64,000 bases of DNA from Candidatus Aminicenantales bacterium (GTDB taxonomy: Bacteria > Acidobacteriota > Aminicenantia > Aminicenantales > Saccharicenantaceae), in assembly GCA_049512315.1 (NCBI GenBank), contig JBEKXF010000003.1, positions 1-64,000 on the forward strand. The letters run 5' to 3'. The position numbers and the translations under genes are program-made. The notes beneath the pieces were generated by a model. It was not told the origin of the DNA, did no database searches, and was given only the letters and a program-made list of their open reading frames with translations. This document shows positions 53,077 to 63,385 of the stretch, one piece after another (within the stretch, counting starts at the first letter, position 1; the number at the start of each line of letters is the position of its first letter).

Positions 53077-54831
53077 ATGACCGATCCAGCCAAACACCCG
53101 GACCGCGATGACAAGATGTCATCCGAAGACTACGAACACCTGCTCGACCGCTACCAGTTCAGCAACCAGGAAATCACCCTGGGGAAGATCATCAAGGGCC
53201 GGGTGATCAAGAAGACCGCCACCCATATTCTCGTCGACATCGGTTTCAAGACCGAGGGGGCCATCCCTCTCGAGGAATTCCAGGACCCCAAGGCCCTAGC
53301 CGAGCTCCGGCCCGGGAGCGAGATCGAGACCATGCTCGAGAGGACGGACGTCAAGGACGGCTACCTGGTCCTGTCCAAGAAGCTGGCGGACAGCGTCCGG
53401 GCCGTCGACCTCCTGGAAAAGGCCTACACGCACAACACCTGGGTCACCGGCACGATTGTGGACAAGACGCGCGGCGGCTTCAACGTCAACGTCGGCATCC
53501 TCGCCTTCCTCCCCGAGTCCCACCTGGACATCAAGCCCGTCAAGGACCCGTCGTCCCTGATCGGCCAGAGCCTCAAGTTCAAGGTCATGAAGTTCGACCG
53601 CAAGAGCGAGAACGCCGTCCTCTCCCGCAAGCTCCTCCTCCAGGACGAACGGGAAAAGAAGAAACGGCAGATCTTCGGCCACATCGCCAAAGGCCAGAAG
53701 ATCGCCGGGCGCATCCGGACGCTGACCAACTTCGGCGCCTTCGTCGATATCGGCGGCATTGAGGGCCTTCTCCACGTCTCGGACATGTCCTGGGGGAGGA
53801 TCAATCACCCGTCCGAGCTCCTGGCCGTCGGCCAGGAGGTCGAGGTCGTCGTCCTCGACTTCAACGAGAAAGACGAGAAGATCTCCCTCGGCCTCAAGCA
53901 GCTGACCCCCGATCCTTGGGCCAACATCGCCGAGAAATACAAGGCCGGCCAGAAGATCACGGGCAAGGTTTCGAGCCTGACGGACTTCGGCGCCTTCGTC
54001 GAGCTCGAAAAAGGCGTCGAGGGGCTCGTCCATATCTCCGACCTGACCTGGTCCCGGAAGCTCGTCCACCCCAAGAAGGTCCTGGCCCCCGGGCAGGAGG
54101 TCGTGGTCAGCATCCTCGAGGTCAATCCCACCACCAAGCGGATCTCCTTGGGCCTCAAGCAAGCCTCCCCCCACCCGCTCGAGATCTTCAAGCAGAAGCA
54201 CGGGATCGGGGCCCGGGTCAAAGGCCCCGTGACGAGCCTGACCGACTTCGGCGCCTTCGTCGAGGTCGAGAAGGGCATCGAGGGGCTCGTCCATATCTCC
54301 GACATCAGCTGGGAGAAGATCAAGCACCCGTCCGAGAAGCTCCAGGTGGGCCAGGAGGTGGAAACCCTCGTCCTCAACATCGACGTCGAACGCCAGAAGG
54401 TCTCGCTCGGGATCAAGCAGCTCGAAGGCGACATCTGGGAGGATTTCTTCAGCCGGCAGCAGGTCGGCGACATCATCAAGGTCAAGATCGTCCGGATCAC
54501 GGACTTCGGCGTCTTCGTCGAGATCGTCCCCGGGATCGATGGCGTCGTGTTCACCTCCGAGCTCGACGAGAAAAAGATCGAGAAGCCGTCCGACGGATTC
54601 GCGGCCGGCGAGGAGCGGAACGCCAAGATCATCCGGCTCAACCCCAAGGCCAAGAAAATCTCCCTGAGCTTCAAGCAGGCCCAGTTCGACATCCAGAAAC
54701 AGGAGTTCCAGAAGTACATGGACTCCCAGGACGACCGGATGACGCTGGGCGACATCATGAAGGATCAACTGAAGGATCTCAACGCTTTGAAACGAGGAAC
54801 CAAAAAGGAGGGCTCTCATGATAAAAGCTGA
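53077..54831 (+). CDS. rpsA: 30S ribosomal protein S1
   Basis: Six S1 repeats (FGAFV..G.EGL.H.SD.SW, ISLG.KQ); C-terminal TLGD. Confidence 0.95.
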   Translation: MTDPAKHPDRDDKMSSEDYEHLLDRYQFSNQEITLGKIIKGRVIKKTATHILVDIGFKTEGAIPLEEFQDPKALAELRPGSEIETMLERTDVKDGYLVLSKKLADSVRAVDLLEKAYTHNTWVTGTIVDKTRGGFNVNVGILAFLPESHLDIKPVKDPSSLIGQSLKFKVMKFDRKSENAVLSRKLLLQDEREKKKRQIFGHIAKGQKIAGRIRTLTNFGAFVDIGGIEGLLHVSDMSWGRINHPSELLAVGQEVEVVVLDFNEKDEKISLGLKQLTPDPWANIAEKYKAGQKITGKVSSLTDFGAFVELEKGVEGLVHISDLTWSRKLVHPKKVLAPGQEVVVSILEVNPTTKRISLGLKQASPHPLEIFKQKHGIGARVKGPVTSLTDFGAFVEVEKGIEGLVHISDISWEKIKHPSEKLQVGQEVETLVLNIDVERQKVSLGIKQLEGDIWEDFFSRQQVGDIIKVKIVRITDFGVFVEIVPGIDGVVFTSELDEKKIEKPSDGFAAGEERNAKIIRLNPKAKKISLSFKQAQFDIQKQEFQKYMDSQDDRMTLGDIMKDQLKDLNALKRGTKKEGSHDKS

Positions 54832-55093
54832 CCTGATCAACAAGATTTCCCAGGAGCTGAGCATCCCCAAGCAGGAGGCCGAGGAAGGCGTCAACCTCTT
54901 CTTCGAAACGATCCGCGAGGCCATCCTCAAGGGGGAGGAGATAGAGATCCGCGGCTTCGGGAGCTTCCGCTTCCGGAAGCGGACCTCCCGCTCCGGGCGC
55001 AACCCCCGGACGGGCGAGCCGGTCAAGGTCCCGCCGAAGAAGGTCCTCTACTTCAAGCCGAGCAAGCTCCTCAAGGAGATGATCAATAAATAA
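54818..55093 (+). CDS. ihfB: Integration host factor beta / HU-family protein
   Basis: M.KADLI, IEIRGFGSF, GRNPRTGE.V.VP, FKPSK.LK; follows rpsA. Confidence 0.85.
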   Translation: MIKADLINKISQELSIPKQEAEEGVNLFFETIREAILKGEEIEIRGFGSFRFRKRTSRSGRNPRTGEPVKVPPKKVLYFKPSKLLKEMINK

Positions 55094-55605
55094 TGCGCTA
55101 TCTCACCGCGCCCTGGCGGGCGGGCTACGTCCGGAAGGCCCTGAGCCTGAAGGCCTGCATCTTCTGTGAGGCCTTGAAGGCCGGCGACGACCGGGAGGCG
55201 ACCATCCTCTTCCGGGGCCGCCGCAACTTCATCATGCTCAACCGCTACCCCTATACGCCGGGCCACCTGATGATCGCCCCCTGCCGGCACCTGGCGGACT
55301 TCGAAAAAGCCCGGCCGGAGGAAAGCGCCGAGCTGGCCGACCTCCTCCAGGTTGCTCTCCGGGTTCTCGGCGCCTGCTACAAGCCCCACGGCTTCAACAT
55401 GGGAATGAACCTGGGGAGAAGCGCCGGCGCCGGGGTCGCCGGTCATTACCATGTCCACGTCATCCCCCGCTGGACCGGGGACTCGAACTTCATGCCCCTG
55501 GTCGGCGGGACCCGGGTCTTCATCGAAGACCTGGATACGACCTATGAACAGCTGCGTCCTCTTTTCGAGAAAGAGAGGGAGCGGAGAGAACGGGCGGGAC
55601 GGTGA
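55093..55605 (+). CDS. HIT-family hydrolase/phosphorylase
   Basis: APWR..Y, CIFC, N.YPY..GH, G.N.G.N.G..AGAG, HYHVHVIPRW.GD.NFM. Confidence 0.92.
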   Translation: MRYLTAPWRAGYVRKALSLKACIFCEALKAGDDREATILFRGRRNFIMLNRYPYTPGHLMIAPCRHLADFEKARPEESAELADLLQVALRVLGACYKPHGFNMGMNLGRSAGAGVAGHYHVHVIPRWTGDSNFMPLVGGTRVFIEDLDTTYEQLRPLFEKERERRERAGR

Positions 55606-55639
55606 ACGAGGCCGCCCGCGACCGATTTGAGGTGTACCT

Positions 55640-57568
55640 ATGCTGAAGACCATGAGAAAAAACGTGAAAGCGCTGAAGCCCATCCTCTGGATCATCGTCG
55701 CCACGTTCATCATTTCCATCTGGGCTATCTGGGGCGGCGCCGGCCGGCTCGGCGAGGCCAACCGGACCAACGCGCTGGCCACCGTGGGCAGGGAGCAAAT
55801 CTCCTCCGACGAGTATTACCAGAGCCTCCGGCAGCGCCTCGAGGCCATGAAGAAGCAGTACAGCGGGCTGAACCAGAACCTCATCCAACAGCTCAACATT
55901 CCCCAGCAGACCCTCGAGCAGCTCGTCCAGCAGCGGCTCCTCCTCCAGATCGCCCGGGACAAGGGACTCCGGGCCACGGACGAGGAGGTCCGGGCGAGGA
56001 TCATGTCCTACCCCGTTTTCCAGAGGGACGGGAAATTCGTCGGCTTCGCGGATTACAAGAGGGTCCTCGACTACAACCACATCCCTCTCAAGGAGTTCGA
56101 GGACAACCTGAATCAGGACGTCCTCGTCAACAAGGCCATCCGCTACCTCACGGCCGGGATCATCGTCACGGACGACGAGGCCTGGGAGAGCTACCGGAAG
56201 CAGAACGATTCGGCCAAGATCGAATACCTGGTCTCCGAGACCTCCGGGGTCGAAATGAAAGACAAGCCCTCCGAGGCGGCGATCCAGGCCCGGTTCGCCA
56301 AGAACCCCTCGGCCTACAGGGTCCCGGAAAAGCGGACCGCCGACTACGTCTTCGTGAAGACTGACGACGCCAAGAAGGACGTCAAGGTCGAAAGCTCCGA
56401 TATCGAGAAATACTACAAGGGCAACGTCAGCCAGTTCAGGGATCCGGAGAAGCTCCGGGTCAGCCGGATCTGGCTGCCCTACACGGCCAAGGACAAGGAG
56501 GCCATCCTGGCCCAGGCACGGGACGTCGTCAAGAAGGCCCAGGGGGGGTCGGATTTCGCCGAGCTGGCCAAGACCTACTCCAAGGACGACAAGGCCAAGG
56601 CCGGCGGCGACTGGGGCCTCGCGGACTGGCGGTCCTTGTCGGCCAAGGAGACCGAGGCCGCCGGGAAGCTCGACCAGGGCAAGATCTCGGATGTGGTCGA
56701 CGCCGACACCGGCGCGGCCATTCTCAAGGTGACCGAAAGGACGCCGGCCGTAACCAAGGCCCTGGCCGAGGTGAGCGCGACCATCAAGACCATCCTCGAG
56801 GACCAGAAGGCCCGGACCCTCGTCGCCGACAGGGTCCAGAGGATCGAGAAGCTGGCCCGGAAAGAGAAGAGCCTCGATCTGGCTGTCCAGAAGGAGGGCC
56901 GCAAGATCGCCTCGACGGGGGCCCTCAAGAAGGGCGACGCCCTCGGGGACTTCGATAGCGCTGGTGCCGTGAGCGAGGCTCTCTTTTCCCTCAAGGGCAA
57001 GGATATCTCGTCGCCGATCTACACCTACACCGGCGCGGGCCTGGCCCAGCTCCAGAAGGTCGAGGCCGAACGGCCGGCCAAGCTCGAGGAGGTCCGGGAC
57101 GAGGTCGAGAAGGACATCCTCGACGGCCTGAAAAAGGAAAAAGCCCTGGAAAAGCTCCGGGAGATCACGGTGAAGCTCAAGGACGACTGGAACGCCGAGG
57201 CCGGCAAGCTCAAACTCGAGTACAAGACCGTCGAGACCCACAAGCGCGAGCAGTACCTGAGCCTGGTCGGGGAAAATCCGGAGATCGACACCCTCGTCTT
57301 CACGCTCCCCCTGAAGAAGGTCAGCGATCCCGTCCCCGTCGAGAACGGCTACGCGATCTTCCGCGTTCTCGACAGGAAGGAGACGATCCGGGCCGATTTC
57401 GACAAGAACAAGGCCACGGAGCGCGAGACGCTCCTCGACCAGAAGAAGAACAAGTTCCTCCAGTCCTTTATGGCCCAGGCCCGGGAGGAGAAAAAGGTCC
57501 GGGTCAACTCCGACCTTTACCTCAAGATGACGAACGAGCTCCTGTCCAAGTACACGGGAGAGCAATAA
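55640..57568 (+). CDS. ppiD: PpiD/SurA-like membrane-anchored periplasmic chaperone
   Basis: ML..MR N-terminus with TM, SurA_N region, parvulin-like DFAELAK.YS.D..A.GGD.G. Confidence 0.82.
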   Translation: MLKTMRKNVKALKPILWIIVATFIISIWAIWGGAGRLGEANRTNALATVGREQISSDEYYQSLRQRLEAMKKQYSGLNQNLIQQLNIPQQTLEQLVQQRLLLQIARDKGLRATDEEVRARIMSYPVFQRDGKFVGFADYKRVLDYNHIPLKEFEDNLNQDVLVNKAIRYLTAGIIVTDDEAWESYRKQNDSAKIEYLVSETSGVEMKDKPSEAAIQARFAKNPSAYRVPEKRTADYVFVKTDDAKKDVKVESSDIEKYYKGNVSQFRDPEKLRVSRIWLPYTAKDKEAILAQARDVVKKAQGGSDFAELAKTYSKDDKAKAGGDWGLADWRSLSAKETEAAGKLDQGKISDVVDADTGAAILKVTERTPAVTKALAEVSATIKTILEDQKARTLVADRVQRIEKLARKEKSLDLAVQKEGRKIASTGALKKGDALGDFDSAGAVSEALFSLKGKDISSPIYTYTGAGLAQLQKVEAERPAKLEEVRDEVEKDILDGLKKEKALEKLREITVKLKDDWNAEAGKLKLEYKTVETHKREQYLSLVGENPEIDTLVFTLPLKKVSDPVPVENGYAIFRVLDRKETIRADFDKNKATERETLLDQKKNKFLQSFMAQAREEKKVRVNSDLYLKMTNELLSKYTGEQ

Positions 57569-57621
57569 GTCTCATCGCCTGCGTTTCAAATACGGCATTT
57601 CTTATTTGAAAGGAGAGCGAG

Positions 57622-59625
57622 ATGGAGACGTCCAAGACATCCCTCCCCCCTGAGGCCTACCAGGAGCTCCCTCCCGGCCAGGTCTACAAGCCCTTCGTGC
57701 CGGCCGACGCGGTCATCCCGGAAGTCACGCTCCGGTCCGTCCTCTGGGGCTTGTTCATGTCCCTGTTCTTCACCTTTTCGATCGCCTACCTAGGGCTCAA
57801 GGTGGGGACGGTCCCGGAAGCCGCCATCCCCGTGGCCATCCTGGCCGTCGGCATCGGCTATGTCTACAAGCGGAAGAGTACGATCCTCGAGAACGTCATC
57901 CTCCAGTCGATCGGCGCCGCCTCGGGGGCCCTGGTGGCGGGCGCCATCTTCACCATCCCGGCGCTCTACATCCTGGGGCTGCCCACGGACATCGTCAAGA
58001 TCTTCCTCTCGACGTTCCTCGGCGGCTGCCTGGGGATCCTCTTTCTGATCCCGCTCCGGCGCTACTTCTGCCAGGAGCAGCACGGCAAGCTCCCCTTCCC
58101 GGAGGCCACGGCCACGACCGAGATCCTGGTCTCCGGCGAATCCGGCGGAAAACAGGCCTGGGCCCTCATTCTGGGTGTCGGAATCAGCGGCGTTTATGAG
58201 TTCCTGGCCATCGGCGTCCGGGCCTGGGACGAGCTCATCAATTTCCGCTTCCTGTCTTTTATGGACAACCTGGCCGTCAAGACCAAGATGGTCCTCAAGC
58301 TCGACGCCCTCTCGGCCTTCCTCGGCCTCGGCTACGTCATCGGGCTGCGTTACAACGCGGTCATCGTGGCGGGGGGGCTCCTGTCGCACTTCGCCTTCAT
58401 CCCGGCCATCTGGTTCCTCGGCCAGCACCTCCCCGGGGCCCTGTACCCCGGCAAGATTCCCATCCCCGAGATGAGCGAGGTCCAGATCTTCAGCACCTAC
58501 GTCCGGAACATCGGTATCGGCGCGATCTTCATGGCCGGCGTCCTCGGCATCATCAAGTCCATGCCGGTCATGATCAAGTCGTTCTCCCTGGGCTTCCGCG
58601 AGATCTTCAAGGGGAAGAAGGCGGGGGCGGCGGCGGAGCTGAGGACGGACCGCGATCTCAAGATGAAGACGATCATCATGGGCCTCCTAGCCACGGCTGC
58701 CGGCCTCTTCCTCTATTTCCTCTGGATCTCGAACCTCAAGCTGGCCATCATCGGCGTCCTGATCTGCATCCTTCTCTCGTTCCTTTTCACGACGGTCGCC
58801 GCCTACGCCATCGCCATCGTCGGGACGAACCCGGTCTCGGGCATGACCCTGATCACGATCATCCTTTCGAGCGTCGTCCTCCTCGGGGCAGGCTTGTCGG
58901 GGGAACAGGGGATGGCCGTCGCCCTCCTCATCGGGGCCGTCGTCTGCACGGCCCTGTCGATCTCCGGGAGCTTCGTCACCGACCTCAAGATCGGCTACTG
59001 GCTCGGGGCGACGCCCCGCAACCAGGAGCGGTTCAAGTTTACGGGCGTCCTCATCTCGGCCCTGACCGTGGGCATCGCCATCTACATCCTGGACAAGGCC
59101 TTCTCGTTCCAGAGCGGGACCCTGGCGGCGCCCCAGGCCAACCTGATGGCGACCGTCATCAAATCGATGATGTCGCGCGAGCCCGTGACCTGGCTCCTCT
59201 ACGCAATCGGGGCCTCGGTCGCCCTCGTCGCGGAGCTGGCCAAGGTGCCGCCCCTGGCCTTCGCCCTGGGCATGTACCTGCCGCTGCCGCTGACGACCCC
59301 GCTTCTCGTCGGCGGCTTCATCTCTCACCTGGTGAAGAGCTCGACGAAGGACAAGGAGCTCGGCGAGCGGCGGAACAACCGCGGCACGCTCATCTCCTCC
59401 GGGTTCATCGCCGGAGGCGCCCTGATGGGCATCGTCCTGGCCGTCCTCAAGCTGACCAGGCTCGACCACTTCGTCAGCCTCGGGGTCCCGATGGTCCTCG
59501 AGAACGGGCGCTGGGTGGACGGCACGCCCGCGGCCTGGTTCACGGGATATGGCCAGATCATCAGCCTCGTCGCGTTCGTCCTGCTCTGCAGCTTCGTCTA
59601 TTGGGACGCGCGACGGACGAAATAA
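57622..59625 (+). CDS. OPT-family oligopeptide transporter
   Basis: PE.T.R, YLGLK.G, ENVI.Q, LPFPE, NPVSGM, DLKIG..LG.TP, APQA.LM, A.GMYLP. Confidence 0.93.
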   Translation: METSKTSLPPEAYQELPPGQVYKPFVPADAVIPEVTLRSVLWGLFMSLFFTFSIAYLGLKVGTVPEAAIPVAILAVGIGYVYKRKSTILENVILQSIGAASGALVAGAIFTIPALYILGLPTDIVKIFLSTFLGGCLGILFLIPLRRYFCQEQHGKLPFPEATATTEILVSGESGGKQAWALILGVGISGVYEFLAIGVRAWDELINFRFLSFMDNLAVKTKMVLKLDALSAFLGLGYVIGLRYNAVIVAGGLLSHFAFIPAIWFLGQHLPGALYPGKIPIPEMSEVQIFSTYVRNIGIGAIFMAGVLGIIKSMPVMIKSFSLGFREIFKGKKAGAAAELRTDRDLKMKTIIMGLLATAAGLFLYFLWISNLKLAIIGVLICILLSFLFTTVAAYAIAIVGTNPVSGMTLITIILSSVVLLGAGLSGEQGMAVALLIGAVVCTALSISGSFVTDLKIGYWLGATPRNQERFKFTGVLISALTVGIAIYILDKAFSFQSGTLAAPQANLMATVIKSMMSREPVTWLLYAIGASVALVAELAKVPPLAFALGMYLPLPLTTPLLVGGFISHLVKSSTKDKELGERRNNRGTLISSGFIAGGALMGIVLAVLKLTRLDHFVSLGVPMVLENGRWVDGTPAAWFTGYGQIISLVAFVLLCSFVYWDARRTK

Positions 59626-59644
59626 AAAGGAACGGAGGTCCATC

Positions 59645-60592
59645 ATGAAACCGAATAAACTTTACTCGGCCGCCGACCGGGCCATCAACCAGGCCCTGCG
59701 GCTCCGGCCCGGAGAGAAATTCCTCCTGGTCACGGACAAGCAGAAAATGGAGATCGCCGAGGCCCTCGCCTACTACGCCAAGCAGGCCGGGGCCGAGACG
59801 ACGACCTACCTCATGACCGAGACGCTGCGGCCCATCACCGGGCCGACACGGCAGTTCAAGGAGCTGATCCGCACCGCCTCGGTCACGGTCTACATGCTCG
59901 AGGGCCGGTTCGCCGAAAAGCCCTTCCGGGGCTTCATGGTCTCGGCGGGCGGCAAGTCCGGGCGGATTTGCATGATGCCCGGCCTGACCCGGGACATGAT
60001 GGAACGGCTCGTCAACATCGACTTCTCGGAGATGGACAAGTTCACCAAGAAAGTCATGCGGGCCATGAAGGACGCCGACGACGTCGTCGTCGAGAATCCG
60101 GCGGGCACGCACATCGAGTTCAGCGTCAAGGGCCGCGCCTGGGACAACGACAACGGCGACATCAGCAAGAAGCACATGCACGGGAACCTGCCGGCCGGCG
60201 AGTGCTACACGGCCCCCGTCGAGGAGACGTTCACCGGGAAGATCGTCATCAGCCTCATCGACGACAAGCTCGGCCACGGGGAGATGACGTTCAAGCACGG
60301 GAAGCTCGTGGACTTCAAAGGCAAGGGCATTGCCGAGGTCATCAAGACGGTCGGCTCGGACGAGACGGCCAGGATCATCGGCGAATTCGGGATCGGCACG
60401 AACAAGGGGGCCAAGATCTGCCCCAACATGCTCGAGGCCGAGAAGGCCTTCGGCACGGTCCACTTCGCGATCGGCGACTCCTACGGCATCGGCAAGAACA
60501 AGAGCAAGTACCACTTCGACGCCCTCGTCGATAAGGTGACGATCAAGGCGAAAGGCAAATACGTCGCGAAGAACGGAAAATTCCTCATTTGA
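59645..60592 (+). CDS. M29-like aminopeptidase (aminopeptidase T type)
   Basis: MPG, GNLPAGE.Y.AP, GEFGIGTN, E.EK..GTVHFA.G, H.D; GGAGG RBS. Confidence 0.85.
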   Translation: MKPNKLYSAADRAINQALRLRPGEKFLLVTDKQKMEIAEALAYYAKQAGAETTTYLMTETLRPITGPTRQFKELIRTASVTVYMLEGRFAEKPFRGFMVSAGGKSGRICMMPGLTRDMMERLVNIDFSEMDKFTKKVMRAMKDADDVVVENPAGTHIEFSVKGRAWDNDNGDISKKHMHGNLPAGECYTAPVEETFTGKIVISLIDDKLGHGEMTFKHGKLVDFKGKGIAEVIKTVGSDETARIIGEFGIGTNKGAKICPNMLEAEKAFGTVHFAIGDSYGIGKNKSKYHFDALVDKVTIKAKGKYVAKNGKFLI

Positions 60593-61767
60593 AATACGAC
60601 TTCGACAAGCTCGTTGACCGGAACGGAACGGAATCCTTGAAGTGGGTCTATCCCCGCAAGGTCCTCAAGGTCGAAGACGCGATCCCGATGTGGGTCGCGG
60701 ACATGGACTTCGAGGCGCCGCCGGCGGTCGTCGAGGCCATCCGCCGCCGGGCCGCCCACGGGATTTACGGCTATCCGCTCGTGCCCCCGTCCTTCTGGCA
60801 GGCCGCGATCGACTGGCTCAAGCGGCGGCAGGGCTGGGAAGTGGCGAAGTCGTGGATGGCCAAGACGCCGGGCATCGTCCCGGCCCTCAACTATTGCGTC
60901 CGTTCCTTCACCAAGCCGGGCGACCCCGTGATCATTCAGACACCCGTGTATTTTCCCTTCTATCACGCCGTTGAGAACAACGGGCGCCGCGTCGTGCGGA
61001 ACCCTCTGCGGTTCGACGGCCGACGATATACCATGGACCTCGACGACCTCGAGAGAAAGATCGACGCCCCCGGCCGGATGTTCATTCTCTGCAGCCCCCA
61101 CAATCCGGTCGGCCGCGTCTGGACGCGGGAGGAGCTCGAGGCCCTGGGCCGGATCGCCGTCGCCCGGGACCTTCTCGTCATCTCGGACGAGATCCATGCC
61201 GACCTCATCTATCGCGGCCACAGGCATCATGTCTTCGCCGCGCTTTCCTCTGACCTAGCGAACCGCACGATCACCTGTATCGCTCCGAGCAAGACCTTCA
61301 ACATCCCCGGCCTCTCGACGGCCGCCGTCGTCGCTTCCAACCCGACCCTGCTTAAAACCTTCGAAGACGAGGCGGAGCGGGCCGGGTTCGAGCTCGGCCA
61401 GGTCTTCGGGATCGTCGGCTTTGAGGCCGCCTACGCCCACGGGGAGGACTGGCTGGACGAGCTCCTGCCCTATCTCGAGGCGAACGTCGATCTCATGGAG
61501 AAATTCCTCGACGAGCGTGTCCCCGGCATCCGCCTCATCCGGCCGGAAGGGACGTATCTCGCTCTCCTCGACTGCCGGGGCCTCGGCCTCGAGCCCGCCG
61601 CGCTCAACGACTTTTTCCTGAAGAAAGCCCGCGTCTACTTCAGCGACGGGACGACCTTCGGCAAAGAACTTGAGGGCTTCGTCCGCATCAACTTCGGCTG
61701 CCCTCGGGCCCTGCTCCTCGAAGCTCTCGAGCGCATCGAGCAGGCCGTCAAAGACCTCGGTAAATAA
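60589..61767 (+). CDS. MalY/PatB-family PLP-dependent C-S lyase
   Basis: S.KW, PMWVADMDF, YGY, LCSPHNP.GRVW, SDEIH.D, APSKTFN, EGTYL, R.NFGC; TTG start overlapping the previous stop. Confidence 0.92.
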   Translation: MKYDFDKLVDRNGTESLKWVYPRKVLKVEDAIPMWVADMDFEAPPAVVEAIRRRAAHGIYGYPLVPPSFWQAAIDWLKRRQGWEVAKSWMAKTPGIVPALNYCVRSFTKPGDPVIIQTPVYFPFYHAVENNGRRVVRNPLRFDGRRYTMDLDDLERKIDAPGRMFILCSPHNPVGRVWTREELEALGRIAVARDLLVISDEIHADLIYRGHRHHVFAALSSDLANRTITCIAPSKTFNIPGLSTAAVVASNPTLLKTFEDEAERAGFELGQVFGIVGFEAAYAHGEDWLDELLPYLEANVDLMEKFLDERVPGIRLIRPEGTYLALLDCRGLGLEPAALNDFFLKKARVYFSDGTTFGKELEGFVRINFGCPRALLLEALERIEQAVKDLGK

Positions 61768-61788
61768 CCTTCCTTTAGGAGGTCTCCG

Positions 61789-61938
61789 ATGCGTCCCACA
61801 AAAATGACTGGGAACCTTATTCTCGGGATCGCCACGGCTTCATTCCTGGTCTCCTGCCAGAAATCAAAGCCCCCGGCTCCCACTCAAGCCGGCGCGCTTG
61901 CAAAACGTGCCTCGCCAGGTACAATGGGACTCTCGTGA
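61789..61938 (+). CDS. 49-aa lipoprotein-signal ORF (mini-lipoprotein or gene remnant)
   Basis: AGGAGG RBS; MRPTKMTGNLILGIATASFLVSC-QKSKPPAPTQ...; below the ORF-track cutoff. Confidence 0.45.
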   Translation: MRPTKMTGNLILGIATASFLVSCQKSKPPAPTQAGALAKRASPGTMGLS

Positions 61939-61950
61939 CGGAGCGCCGCG

Positions 61951-63303
61951 ATGGCCATTAAAGCGAAGCTGACGACGTTCGACACGACGATGATCGTCGT
62001 CAGCCTCATCATCGGCATCGGCATCTTCCGGACGCCGGCCATGGTCGCCACGGCCGCCCGCACCCCCGCCCTTTTCTATACCGCCTGGATTCTCGGCGGA
62101 CTCGCCGGCTTCCTCGGCGCTCTGACCTTCGCCGAGATCGGCGGCCGCTTCCCGAAGCCCGGCTCCTACTACAAAGTCGTCGCCGAGAGCTACAACTCGA
62201 TGGTCGCCTTCATGCTCAACTGGGCCAACGTCATCGTCCTCAACGGCGCCGGGGCCGCCGCGGTGGCCCTCATCGGGGCCGAATATCTGACCCCGATTGT
62301 CTTCCCGGGGACGACGCCCACCCGGCTCCAGGTCCAAGTCACCGCAGCCGTCCTCATGCTCATCCTCCTCACCATAAATTACCTCGGGATCAAGACGGGC
62401 GCTTGGGCCCAAAACGTCCTGAGCTTGCTCAAGATCGGGATGATCGCCGTCATCGTCGCGGGCGCGTTTGTTTCGACCAAGGCCCCCCTCACCGCTGGCT
62501 CGTTGCCCCCCGAGCGCTCCTGGTGGCTGGCCCTAGGCGCGGCCTTCATCTCGGTCTTCTACGCCTACGGCGGCTACCAGAACACCATCAACTTCGGGGC
62601 CGACGTCCAGAACGCCCGGCGCAATGTCCCGCGGGCCATCTTCTTCGGCATCCTCATCGTCCTCGCCTGCTATCTCGCCATCAACGTCGCCTATGTGAAG
62701 ACTCTCGGCATCCCGGGCGTCGCCTCCGCCAAGCTCGTCGCCGCGGAGACGGCCCGGGCCACCTTCGGTGGCGCCGGCTGGCTCGTCGTCTCACTGGCGA
62801 TCTTCCTCTCGGCCATGGGCTTCCTCAATGTCACCCTGATGCAGATCCCGCGGGCCTACTATGCCATGGCCGAGGATAAAACGCTCCCGGCAGCCTTCCA
62901 GAAGGTCAATCCAAAGACCCAGACCCAGGAATTCGGGCTGGCCTTCCTCGGCGGGCTGATCCTTCTTTCACTTTTCCTGCTCGGGACCTTCGAGAACATC
63001 ATCAATTACGTCATGTTCCTCGACACGATCACCGTGGCCCTTGTTGCCTCGACGATCTTCGTCCTGAGGCGGAAGGCGCGCCGGGCGGGCGAGGAGTACA
63101 CGGGCTACCGCGTCCCTCTTTATCCTATCGTCCCGATCGTCTTCATCGCCTTCCAGCTGACGGTGTCGGTGAACGTCCTCCTGAACAAGCCCCGGGAGGC
63201 CCTCTACAGCGCGCTCTTCTTCGCGGCCGGCTTCCCGGTCTTTCTCATCATGCGGCGGGTGAGCAGGAAGCGGCCGCAGTCTGAAGAGAAGATCCAAGAT
63301 TAG
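61951..63303 (+). CDS. APC-family amino acid permease
   Basis: IIGIGIF..P, W..GG, AE.G..FP..G..Y, YAYGG, N.PRA, Y.VP.YP. Confidence 0.92.
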   Translation: MAIKAKLTTFDTTMIVVSLIIGIGIFRTPAMVATAARTPALFYTAWILGGLAGFLGALTFAEIGGRFPKPGSYYKVVAESYNSMVAFMLNWANVIVLNGAGAAAVALIGAEYLTPIVFPGTTPTRLQVQVTAAVLMLILLTINYLGIKTGAWAQNVLSLLKIGMIAVIVAGAFVSTKAPLTAGSLPPERSWWLALGAAFISVFYAYGGYQNTINFGADVQNARRNVPRAIFFGILIVLACYLAINVAYVKTLGIPGVASAKLVAAETARATFGGAGWLVVSLAIFLSAMGFLNVTLMQIPRAYYAMAEDKTLPAAFQKVNPKTQTQEFGLAFLGGLILLSLFLLGTFENIINYVMFLDTITVALVASTIFVLRRKARRAGEEYTGYRVPLYPIVPIVFIAFQLTVSVNVLLNKPREALYSALFFAAGFPVFLIMRRVSRKRPQSEEKIQD

Positions 63304-63385
63304 CCCGCAAATTATTCTTATATTGTCGCTGCCAGCGGCCCCCTTCATTTGTCGGTTTTGGTAGAATAGAAGAAGGGAGGCATCC

